Part shown: in pieces, positions 10,105 to 20,100 of the stretch
How the letters are laid out: each line of letters begins with the position of its first letter
How positions within the stretch are numbered: the first letter of the stretch is position 1
Source: a virus
Length of the DNA: 64,000 nucleotides
Strand: one strand, 5' to 3'
IMG/VR virus record: IMGVR_UViG_3300032069_000007
Location: 16,288 to 80,287 of that record
Notes under the pieces: generated by a model
Seen by the model: only the letters and a program-made list of their open reading frames with translations
Database searches by the model: none
What the model was told of the DNA's origin: nothing
Made by a program: the position numbers and the translations under genes

Positions 10105-10794
10105 ATGAGTAGGGGCGTTCTGATACGGCTGAAGGTTCCGCGCGACCAGGATCCGGAGAGCGCGCTCGCCGAGCTCGCGAAGGCCCTCGGGATGCACCAC
10201 CCGGCCCGCCAGGCCGAGCGGGAGTGGGCCGAGCACGAGTTTCGGCTCGAAGCGGACACGTTCAGGCGGCAATTGGCCGATGACCTGACTCGGTACAGAG
10301 TTGGCGGCTTCGAGAAAGGTAGAAGCCAGGCCGAGTGGTGGATGAAGCGGCACATCCGGCAGTCGTACCTCCACGGGTTTGTCGAGGGCAAGATCGCCGC
10401 TGGCGGCTACGAGAGGATTGCCCTCAATCCTGAAGAGGAAAAGTGGCTCAAGAAACTGCGCTACGACGAGTACCGCTACCTGCGCAGGTTCCTGGACGAC
10501 ATCGACGCCCGGCGCGGCGTGATGGACTATCGGCGCCGCATGAAGATGTACGGCGATGCGATCTCCGGCCCCTACTGGGCGGGTTGGGCGCTCGCCAATA
10601 AGAGTACGCGCAGAATCATCAGGTGGGTATACGCGGAGGAGGCCGAGCACTGTGATACCTGCCTCGAATTGAACGGCCGGGAGTGGACAGCACCGGCGTT
10701 TGTGAAGTGGGTCATGGAAACCGGGATCCTGCCAGGGCAGAACACGCAGTGCTTGTCGAACTGCAAGTGTCACCTGGAGGAGCGTTTTGTCTGA
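10105..10794 (+). CDS. MuF/SPP1 gp7-like head morphogenesis protein
   Basis: EHCDTCLELNG...PGQNTQCLSNCKCHL Cys pattern; located near portal. Confidence 0.8.
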   Translation: MSRGVLIRLKVPRDQDPESALAELAKALGMHHPARQAEREWAEHEFRLEADTFRRQLADDLTRYRVGGFEKGRSQAEWWMKRHIRQSYLHGFVEGKIAAGGYERIALNPEEEKWLKKLRYDEYRYLRRFLDDIDARRGVMDYRRRMKMYGDAISGPYWAGWALANKSTRRIIRWVYAEEAEHCDTCLELNGREWTAPAFVKWVMETGILPGQNTQCLSNCKCHLEERFV

Positions 10795-10829
10795 CTGAAT
10801 CTACTATTTGAATCGGAGGTTTATCGAAG

Positions 10830-12593
10830 ATGAGATGGCTTGGAAATATGCTTTTGACCAGAGCGTTCAAGAACGACCATAAGGCCCTTATCATCCGCCC
10901 TGAGAAGGGGGAGCGGGTCGACACCCTCTTGGAGTTGCAGGACCAGCAAGGCGTGGCCAAGTTCGCGGTCGACTCCAACGGCTCAGTCCGCACGGACTTC
11001 AACGCGGAGGTGGAGCGGGCACCGGCACGCAGACTGAGGATTGAGACCTATCGAAACGTTGATGTCAATGGTGAGAGTATAGACCTGTGCCATGTCAGCA
11101 ACGGAGTACTAGGTTTCGAGTTCCAGTATGGATATGCCTCGCCCTGGGCTAACTGCCACAACTACGTGACCATCTACGGTATTCGCGTAATGGGTTGTGG
11201 CGCCGATTATCTGTACTCTGATGGAGTTCAGGCAGGGGGGCCGTTCGCTGGGAGCATTTACGGTTCTGGGTTCTGGACTGCCATGACAGGATTGAAGTTC
11301 TTCAATTCTGCCGGTACTGAGATAGACCCTGATGGTCTCGATCCTACCGATACGAGTTTCTCGGTCGAGTTTACTCGTTGGATAGGGGCAAGTGTCGGGG
11401 CCACGACCAACGGCCCACAGTTTACCCTGACGGCCAACAAGACCCCGATGATTTACCTGGCCGACAAGGATGCCGCAGAGATATATCGCAATGACAAGAA
11501 CACCTATGGAGAGGCATTGGTACTAGCTAGTGCTGGGGTAAACAGAGGGTTGATCGGCAAAGTGATTGATGTGGGCGAGGTTCGGTCACACGATGTAGCG
11601 CAAAACGAGAAGTACAGGATTTACTTTTGGGTTCAGACTGTGACTGGTACGGGGGGCACCCTCACTGTTCGTATACATCCAGCCGCTAGGCTAAATACTG
11701 TGGGAGGATACCACTTTGCAAACTACGCTTCCCTCAATTTCACCGCGGGGGGTGGAGGAGCATGGGCAGCAGGCGCATGGAATTATGTCGAGGTGTCCGC
11801 AGAGCATTTTCGTCCTGGCACGAACATGGTTGTTTTCGATGGTGGCGGTATGACCACACAGAACAATCTGACGATTGGGGTAGATACAACCGTCGTCACG
11901 AGTATGCGCAACAAGGCTTACCAACTCTACAACGCAGCCGGAGCCTACTGGAAGATGATTACCCACAAATACACCTTCTATCGTGACATGGATAAGATAG
12001 ACATGGCCCCCAGTATCCACGGTTCGGATGCACAGAACGGTTATGCAGGCGTGGGGAAGTGTTGTCCTACCTACAACTTCGGTATGCTCCACAACTTCTA
12101 CCGGTGGCCGACGCACGAAAACTTCGGCGAGAGACTCCGGCAAACTGGCTACAAATGGTACTCCCCGAACCGAGTTACTTACAACGGGGTTGACATCATT
12201 CCTGGCACGACTATTCCTTGGACGGATACGGGAGGTGGATGGTTAGCAGGTGGCAATACTGTCCTGCGGATGGAGCCTCCAGCGTATGACCCATACGATG
12301 CCGCAGGAATCAAGTTCTGGAGAAGTGATGACCTCCGCAAGTCCGGGGTGATAACCGTCACTAAGGGCGCATCTACTGAAGACCTGAGCGTCGTCTTGGA
12401 GAAGTTTGTTGATAGACCCTATTGGTGGGGTGTAGGTGATGTTCCTGCCGATGCTGCACAGTTCAATGACATTGTGTTGTACTTGGGACGTGTCTCAGGA
12501 GGGGTCTACGCTCGAAAGAATGACTATTTGAACACCGATGTCTTGCCGGTAGTGACACTTGACCTAAGCTCGATGGTGCGCTATTTCAAATGA
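10830..12593 (+). CDS. Virion fibre/appendage-like protein, lower-GC module
   Basis: GGAGG SD; Gly/Thr/Asn/Tyr-rich beta composition; visibly more AT-rich codons after about 11030. Confidence 0.65.
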   Translation: MRWLGNMLLTRAFKNDHKALIIRPEKGERVDTLLELQDQQGVAKFAVDSNGSVRTDFNAEVERAPARRLRIETYRNVDVNGESIDLCHVSNGVLGFEFQYGYASPWANCHNYVTIYGIRVMGCGADYLYSDGVQAGGPFAGSIYGSGFWTAMTGLKFFNSAGTEIDPDGLDPTDTSFSVEFTRWIGASVGATTNGPQFTLTANKTPMIYLADKDAAEIYRNDKNTYGEALVLASAGVNRGLIGKVIDVGEVRSHDVAQNEKYRIYFWVQTVTGTGGTLTVRIHPAARLNTVGGYHFANYASLNFTAGGGGAWAAGAWNYVEVSAEHFRPGTNMVVFDGGGMTTQNNLTIGVDTTVVTSMRNKAYQLYNAAGAYWKMITHKYTFYRDMDKIDMAPSIHGSDAQNGYAGVGKCCPTYNFGMLHNFYRWPTHENFGERLRQTGYKWYSPNRVTYNGVDIIPGTTIPWTDTGGGWLAGGNTVLRMEPPAYDPYDAAGIKFWRSDDLRKSGVITVTKGASTEDLSVVLEKFVDRPYWWGVGDVPADAAQFNDIVLYLGRVSGGVYARKNDYLNTDVLPVVTLDLSSMVRYFK

Positions 12594-12741
12594 GGGTTGC
12601 GCCAAGGACGCGCAGATCTAAGTGGGCGCGCTGCTCACGATAACTTTGACGGGATCAACGGCGATTGGGCGCATCGTGGAGTCGCCGGTGACTTGGCTTG
12701 ACCTCTACTACGAGGAGAAATAACCGAACCCGGAGGCATAT

Positions 12742-13977
12742 ATGGAAGCACAAACAACGTTCGCCGAGCGCTGGGCCGTAGCGAAGGGCATCAAGTCCGA
12801 CCTTGCCGACGCGCTTGAAGATGAGGAAGAGGCCGTCGCGGATTACGACGAGCAACTCGAGGAGGCCGGCGAAGGCAAACTCAGGGAAGACCTGACGGAG
12901 ATCCGCGATGACGAGAAGGACCATGCGCGGCGACTCCGGCGCCATCTCAAGCGGCACGTCGCGGGCAAGAGTTTTGCCGACCGCTGGGCCCTCGAAAAGT
13001 CCAACCCGAGCCTCATCCGCCGCACGCCAGGGCATCCTGCCCACCAGGCGTTGCTGGACGTTGGGGCGCGCTACCACGGCACGATTCGCGACCCGAGAAA
13101 CGGGGCAGAGCATCACGTTTACTCAGTGCCGCAGAAGATGAACTTCCAAGGCACGGCTATTTCGGCCAACACTGCCGCGGGGTGGCACCGCCTATCAGGG
13201 AACTGGGCACCCATGGCTACGCCCTCCCGCCACACGCACCGCTGGTCGTCATTTGAAAACCCGGAGAGAACAGCCCGACACGTGCTCCACGGGTTCACAA
13301 ACCCAGAGCATGCCGAGGCCGCACTCAAGGCGACTCATCGGTTGACGCAAAAGTGGCAGAAACCTGCGGCTCTGGGATCGCCCAAGAAGTCCTTCGCCGA
13401 GCGGTGGGAAGTGGAAAAATCCCACGTCAAAGGCCATTACCGCCAACGCGGCTCCAAGCGCTCTTGGGTCAAGCCGCACGAGCGGAAGGACACTCCGGGT
13501 GCCCCGCGGCAGGAACCAGCGGCGGGTATCCAAACCCCGTACCGCACGCGACAGGAAGTGGAGCGCGAGACGTCGGAACTCTTCCGGGATGCTGACGTGA
13601 TCTCGACCTACACCCGCAAGGACGCCCTGGCAGACGGCACGCTCGTTGACCTGACAAAGTGGGCCTCATCCGGGCCGGAAGGTATGATGGGCGGCTTCAA
13701 GGTTCCGGTCGCGGTAACGTCCGCTGTCTGGGGCGAGATCAACGACATCCCGAAGTCGAAGCAGGGAATTCAGGACGTTCGGGGTCGCGCGCACGATGTG
13801 CTCACGATGGCAGTGCTTGCGGCAAGGAGTGCGAAGCCGGGTAACAGCGAAGTCCTGTTCCGCGTCATCATGGACATCTCCGCAACCCGGGGCCGATACC
13901 AGACCTACAAGTTGAACATTGGGCCAGGGGATGTGGGCGAGCCCGTTGTGACCATTATGAGGCCCGAAGAGGACTAG
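12742..13977 (+). CDS. Modular protein: ferritin-like helices + unknown + basic hairpin + DUF6573-like
   Basis: EEEAVADY...DEKDH; C-terminal YTRKDALADG..GFKVPVAVT..GPGDVGEPVVTIMRPEED; modules separated by FA(E/D)RWx(V/L)xK(S/G) repeats. Confidence 0.75.
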   Translation: MEAQTTFAERWAVAKGIKSDLADALEDEEEAVADYDEQLEEAGEGKLREDLTEIRDDEKDHARRLRRHLKRHVAGKSFADRWALEKSNPSLIRRTPGHPAHQALLDVGARYHGTIRDPRNGAEHHVYSVPQKMNFQGTAISANTAAGWHRLSGNWAPMATPSRHTHRWSSFENPERTARHVLHGFTNPEHAEAALKATHRLTQKWQKPAALGSPKKSFAERWEVEKSHVKGHYRQRGSKRSWVKPHERKDTPGAPRQEPAAGIQTPYRTRQEVERETSELFRDADVISTYTRKDALADGTLVDLTKWASSGPEGMMGGFKVPVAVTSAVWGEINDIPKSKQGIQDVRGRAHDVLTMAVLAARSAKPGNSEVLFRVIMDISATRGRYQTYKLNIGPGDVGEPVVTIMRPEED

Positions 13978-13987
13978 GAGGGCCAGG

Positions 13988-14146
13988 ATGGCTGAAGCCG
14001 TTCCCGAACCCGCATTGTGGGCAGCCAAGCCGCAGCCTGACCGCAACGTCGGCGACGGGTGGCCTGCTTGGGACATTGAGTGCGATCGCTGGCGCGACCC
14101 AGAACGACCAAGGGAGCAAAGATGGCGCCGACCGAAACCGCAGTAA
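13988..14146 (+). CDS. Small hypothetical protein (52 aa)
   Basis: AGGAGGG SD and ATG; fills the gap between genes; below the ORF-track cut-off. Confidence 0.35.
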   Translation: MAEAVPEPALWAAKPQPDRNVGDGWPAWDIECDRWRDPERPREQRWRRPKPQ

Positions 14147-17100
14147 AGCCCGTTCTGGATTTGCACGACCTCGAGAAGTCGAGGGTGAGGGCGTACACCC
14201 GGCGTGGATCGAGTGGTCAGCCAGTTCAGGTTGCCGAGTATCAGACGAAGGTCCAGAAGAGACCGCAAGCCCCCGGCGGGCCGCGTCTCACGGTCGCGCG
14301 TCAGCCAGCAACTCGCTCTGCCAGAAGCCGGTTAGCCTCTGCCTCGTCGATGCGCTTCCCATCGCGCAGAAGGTCGGCGTACAGGACGTCAGCACGCACC
14401 CAGTCCGCATCCCAGGGTGAGCGGCGCTCCACGGCATCCAAGGAGGTCTTGCCTTCGTCCTCCGACTCGACCCAGGAACGGCAGACGGTGTCGCCGTCCA
14501 AAACCCAGTATGTTAGTTCGCGGTCTGGCACTGTCCGGTCCACCCCCAAGGTCATTATACCACGAACAGCAGCGGCAACGACATCGGCGGCGCTCAGCCG
14601 CAGAATATCCAACCTCGAGAGCACCGGCAACGGTCACGAGGTCGCAAAGTATGCGGCGGCGATCGCGGCTCACCTCAAGGACGCACCGACGCCCTTCAAG
14701 GGAACGTGGGAGGACAAGCGACAGCCGACAGGCGACATCCCGGACCTACTGCAGCTTGCAGAGAGTGCCAAGCCGAACTTTGAAGCGAGTCTGGGGAGGA
14801 TCGCTGATCGGCACGGCGGGGCTAGTGCCTGCCGCATCAAGCAGGAACAAACGCTCAGGACGCGGATGCGCGACAAGGGCCGGCCCGCTGATACCGTGAC
14901 GGACATTCTCGGCGGCCGGATCATCACCGATGACCCTGCGCACATCGCTCCCGTTCTTCGAGAGTTGCGAGAACTCTATCCCGTAGTAGAGGATGAAGAT
15001 AAGTTCGCCCACCCTACGTCCTTTGGCTACTGCGCCCGGCACGTGCTGGTCAAACTGCCGAGCGGCCTTACGGCCGAAGTCCAGGTCAACCTCCGAGAAT
15101 CCATCGAAATCCAGGATGTCGTCAGCCACCCGATCTACGAGGAGCTTCGCGCACCGAAGCGCAGGACCGTCGAAGAGCGCCAGGCGTTGCTCGCGAAGGT
15201 GGACGAGATACGGGGCCGGTACGCCGAGGTTCTGCGCAAGGCGACTGCGGCTCTCGGATTGGTGGTCAAGTCGCTCGTTGTTCGGTCCGTTGCGGCCTTC
15301 CAGGAGGCGAAGCACCCGCGAGTGCCACAAGGGCAGCGGGATGCCGAGGGTCGAACCGGCGGCGAGTTCGCGCCCAACCGCACCGGCAGATATACGCGGA
15401 AGGTCGTGACGCCGCGCGGCAACGTCGTCTACGTGTACCCGAAGCGCGTGGCCCAGGCCCGGCAGTCGGCCAAGTTTCGAGGGATGCAGAAGTTGGCGGG
15501 AAAACTGCCGACAATCCGCACTGCCCTCTCGCAGGATATCCGGCGCAGGGACCTCGAGGAGCGAAGAGTCTGCGCCGTTGCAGTCGCACTGATAGACAGC
15601 CTGCACTTCCGGGTCGGCACAGAGGGGGCCGAGACCGCCGGCGAGCCGACGTACGGCGTGACGACGCTTTTGGGTGACCACGTGCGCAACACGGACGCCA
15701 AGATCATCTTCCAGTTCCGCGGCAAGAAAGGGGTCCAATGGTCGCGGGAACTCCACAAGCCCGATGACCCGGATCTGGCGAGCGCCGTGGAGCAGATCTT
15801 GAGCGGCGTCGGACCGGACGAGCGCGTTTTCCGCTTTCGGGGCGCGCGCGGTCTCGAGCCTCTGACCGGGTATCGTGTTGAGAAGTACCTCAAGAGGTGG
15901 AACACGACGCCGAAGGCGTTCAGGACATTGCACGGGTCATACCTGGCGCACAGTGCGCTGTCACAATTTGTCAGCCAGCACCGCGGTCAGCGGCAGTCCA
16001 GGAAGCAGGTGAAAGCAGATATTCGCGAGGTCTGTAGCTATGTTTCCGCGGAACTGGGGAACACGCCCGCGATCGCGAAGCGGAGCTACATAATGCCGGA
16101 GATCATCCGAAGCTACATTGAGTCCGAGGGCACAAGGGTCGAGCCAGACCTCAAAATGGGGAAATCATTGGACGTCTGCCAGCTCTGGATTTTGGCAAAC
16201 GAGCACGGTCAGGTCCGCGGGTTCCTCCACAATGCGACGGAGCACGTCGAGCGGTTCGCGGACCAGCTCGCAAAGGCCCGAGTGGAGAAGTCCGACCAGG
16301 AGGTCGAGAAGTCACAGTTGGGGCTGCCGTACCATCTCGAAGGCGGGGTTGGCTCGGCGCACAGGGGGGCCAAGAAGCGGCTCGGCAGGCGCGCGCTGAT
16401 AGTCCGGACAGGCCGACAGCCAAAAGCGGCAGGCGATCCCGACCTGTCGCGGAAGATCAAGCGCATTGTCGGAGTCGTTGATACCCGCCAATACGAGGAG
16501 ATCGGCGACACGTGGAAGCCCATCGCCGGTAGTGGGACAGTGAACCAATGTGCGCGCTGCGGGAAGGACCATGAGGTTCATGCGACGGTCGAGCTTCAGG
16601 ACGGCACGCACGCCGTAGTCGGCACGAGCTGCATGAAGGCCGACAACATGGAGATGGCGCTGCGCTTCGAGAAGCTCGACCGGGCGGCCAGGCGGCTGCG
16701 GCAGCTCGAAGCCGAAAAAGCAAAGTACGATAGGGAAGTGCAGCAGTACCAGGGGGCGCTCGCGGAGGTCAGGGCGATGCCGAAGCCTCCGATCGAGGTC
16801 GTTATTGCTGAGGACCACCCTTGGTCACGGTACGAGTACAGAATGGGCGAAGCTAGGTGCTGGGGCGAGAAGCCCGATGATCCAGAGCGGCGCATGTGCG
16901 TAACATCGAACTGGGAGACGAAAGAGCTCGTGAAGCGCGGGATCCCGCACGGGCGGCGTCCTTACCCACTCCACGAATTTGACAGGGAAATCGCCAAGGT
17001 GAAAAGGCGGATCGAGGCGGTCAAGGCAGAGTCGGAAGTCGAGAAGTCCTCTCTCTCGCGCGCGCGCAAGATAGTCACGGAGATGTACGAAAATCTTTCA

Positions 17101-20100
17101 AGCGATGCCACGCTCGAGTTCGCTCAAGACGGCGAATGGTATATCGTTCCCCGCATTGAGAAGGCCGGCGCTGCGACAGCAGAACCAAAACAGAAGGAGT
17201 GGTGGTCAGGAGCTGCGACCGGAGACGAGCGCTGGATCACCGTCCATCCGGACCCGGGCAGTCCTGAGAACTACCGCCACGTCAAGGTTCGGCTCAGGCC
17301 CTCCGGCAAGTGGCACATCATCGCCGGCGGAACCGGCCTCGAGCACGAAGAGATCGTTCCGAAGCACAAACTGACGCCGGAAGAACGGGAGCGCTACGAG
17401 GAGCGCCGGAAGAAGATGGAGGGGATCCGCAAGGAGCGCGAAAAGGGCCTTGAGCGGCTGACCGAGGTGCGGGAACAGCACACGAGCGTAAAAGCCGAGC
17501 AGATGGGGATAGCACCCACACTGACCGAGGACACGCGGCGGGCCGTCGAGCACAGGGCAGAGACACGGGCGGAGGATGCCGGCCTGACCGGAGACGACCG
17601 GGACCGGTTTGTAGCCCGCGCTGTCCACGAAGCTGAGACGCGGCACCACGCTTACGTGCGCCGGGCTTGGGATCGCCTTTACTATCAGGCTCACAAGATC
17701 GCCCAGGCAGAGGACCCGGAGCTCGCCGTTGGCGAAATAGCGAAACGGCACGACGAAGAGGAGGATCGGGCCGCTGATGAAGCCGCGGGCAAGGTGGAAT
17801 CGAGCCTGCGAGAGATGATCGGCAAGCCGGCCTCCTCGGGTGAACCGGAGGCTGAGGAGCCGAAGGCTGAAGTTGCCATCGCCGAGACCGAAAGAGCTCA
17901 GCCGATTTACCGGCCGCCGAAGGTCAAGCCGATCTCCTCCGTGGAGCAGGCTATGAAGATCATTAGCCTGGAGAAGCAATCCCGCAAGATGATCGCAGAA
18001 GGCCGGAAGGAGCTTGCGAAGCTGCCCGAGGAGGAACTGTCCGGGACAGGAACGCTCGAGCAGTTTCAGATTACCGCAGAACTTGCGGACGAGCAGGGCG
18101 CGATGGCTGCTGCTATCCGCTCCGTCGACGATGCCAGGCGCGCCAGCCTCAACTCTACGCTGGTCCGCTTGGCCGACGAAACGTTCCGATCCGAGGAGGG
18201 AGCGTACGAGCGATACGGCAAGAAGCGGTACGACATTGGCCGGGCACAGGTCACAGGCGCCCTGGATGCACTGACCGGGATCTCTACCCGGTTTATAGGT
18301 TCTTCTTTCATAGACAGGCCGCTGGTGGAGGCGCTGGGAGTCGAGGCTGCGGCAATGCTCGCAACCCGCGAGATTCTGCAAAAGCGTGGGAGGCTCGACT
18401 TGGACGACGTCATAGCCGATATGGAGAGCTACCACGCGGGCGAAGCGATGAGGATCGCGCAAGAGGCCGTAGCGCAGCACGACGAGCTCGAGGGGATGCG
18501 GAAGACGGTTGACGAATCCTCTGCGCGCGCGCTCGTTGAGGGCGGGGAGACAGGAAGGCTTTTCTCCACTGCCCAGGCCCTCGCTTTTGACGGCGAACTG
18601 AACGTAGACGCCGTAAGACACTTGGGCACGGCGATAGGATCCTTGCATGCGTCCGCGACGGTCATGGCGATGCTCCGGGCGGCGAAGTCCGGGAAAGGCA
18701 AGCTCGACGAACTCAAAGTGAACATTACAGACGAGGGCGATGTCGCTCTCATTGACAGGATGTTGCACCTCCGCGGTCACTACAAGGTCACGCACGACCC
18801 TGAGACCGGCACCACCTCGGTCCTGCTTAATCCAAAGTCGCTGGCCCGCTACATGAAGTTTGCAGCCAAGGAGCGCGAAGAGTCCGACTACGCGAAGGCC
18901 CTGCAGAACGGCACAGCGAAAATTGATGTCTCGGCAGCGCCGGAGGGCTGGAAGGACCGGTACACAAGCCCCATAGACCGCCAGGAGAGAGACTTCCATT
19001 GGAAGCCGATCCAGCGGCGCGCACAGGAGTTTTTCCTCAGCCAATGCACCGGCGACGACGGCGGCGCCCTGATCGACCTGGAAGTAGGAGGCGGAAAGAC
19101 GATAATGGCGCTCGGCGCGATGGGATTCCTCCGCGACCAGGGGAAAGTGCAAAAGATGCTTTACATTGCACCGCAGGAGTCCCTGGTGGGCCAGGTCCTC
19201 GGCGAGGTCGGGGGATTCACCGACTGGAAGTCGAATCAGGTGCGCGGAGGCGCAAGGGCAAGTCTTGACGACATCAGGGGGCGCTATTCCGACCCTTCGT
19301 TCGTTCAGGTGGTTTCTGCCCCTACGGTGGGCGCAGACGTCCGCCGACTGGAGCAGCTTGGGGTAAACCCATCGGACTTCTTCCGCGAGCTCGGGTACGA
19401 TGGAATGGTGGCCGACGAGGCCCACAAGTTGGTGTCTGGCGTCGGGGGGGGCAAGAACGCCCGCGCGCTCAGGCGTATGCGTATGCGCTACAACCTGGCG
19501 ATGACCGGCACGCTCGTGACCAACGCGATCTCTCAGCCCTTCGACCTTGTCCGGTGGGTCGCGGGAGCAAAGGTGGACAGCCGTGCGAAGATTCTGCGCA
19601 AGTATGGGGAGGTCGGGCTGGGAACCACGGCATGGCAGGACGCTGTCAACGCCGACGTCCGCCAACAGGTGGATCGGCACACATTCCACGGGGCCGGGAC
19701 CATCAAAGCCAAGCTCTATCGTAACGAACTGAAGGTGGGCCTCTCGGAGACGCAGCGGCAGGACCTTGCCCAGGCGGTTAAGGCGGACAAGGTGCGCCGT
19801 GATGAGTATGCCAAGTCCAGGCCAGCCACTCCCGAAAAGGCCGAGCAGGCGCGCAGAAAACTCGACTTCGACCGCGACCGCGAGGTCTTCGAGATTCTCC
19901 ACAACCGGGACTGGAAGCAGAACGACAGGTTGCGCGAGATCGCAAAGACGATCAAGCGGACGGTGGCCGACAACCCTTCACAGAAGTTCATCCTAGTGGC
20001 CGATACTGATTATGGACTCTCTGCCATCCGGTCGGTCACGCGGATGCTGGCTGATCTGGGCTACGGCGACAGGACAGCACTTTTCGCGAGTCAGGACGCC

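Noticed and set aside
17206-19902. 898-aa antisense ORF, and similar ones at 46494-48182, 52814-54472, 56099-57808, 61251-62627, 8220-9125
   Set aside because: Shadows of GC-rich sense genes: no motifs, promoter or SD, and the sense frame is clearly the functional one. They do show that long open alternate frames arise easily here, so nested genes were accepted only with motif and/or promoter plus start-signal evidence.
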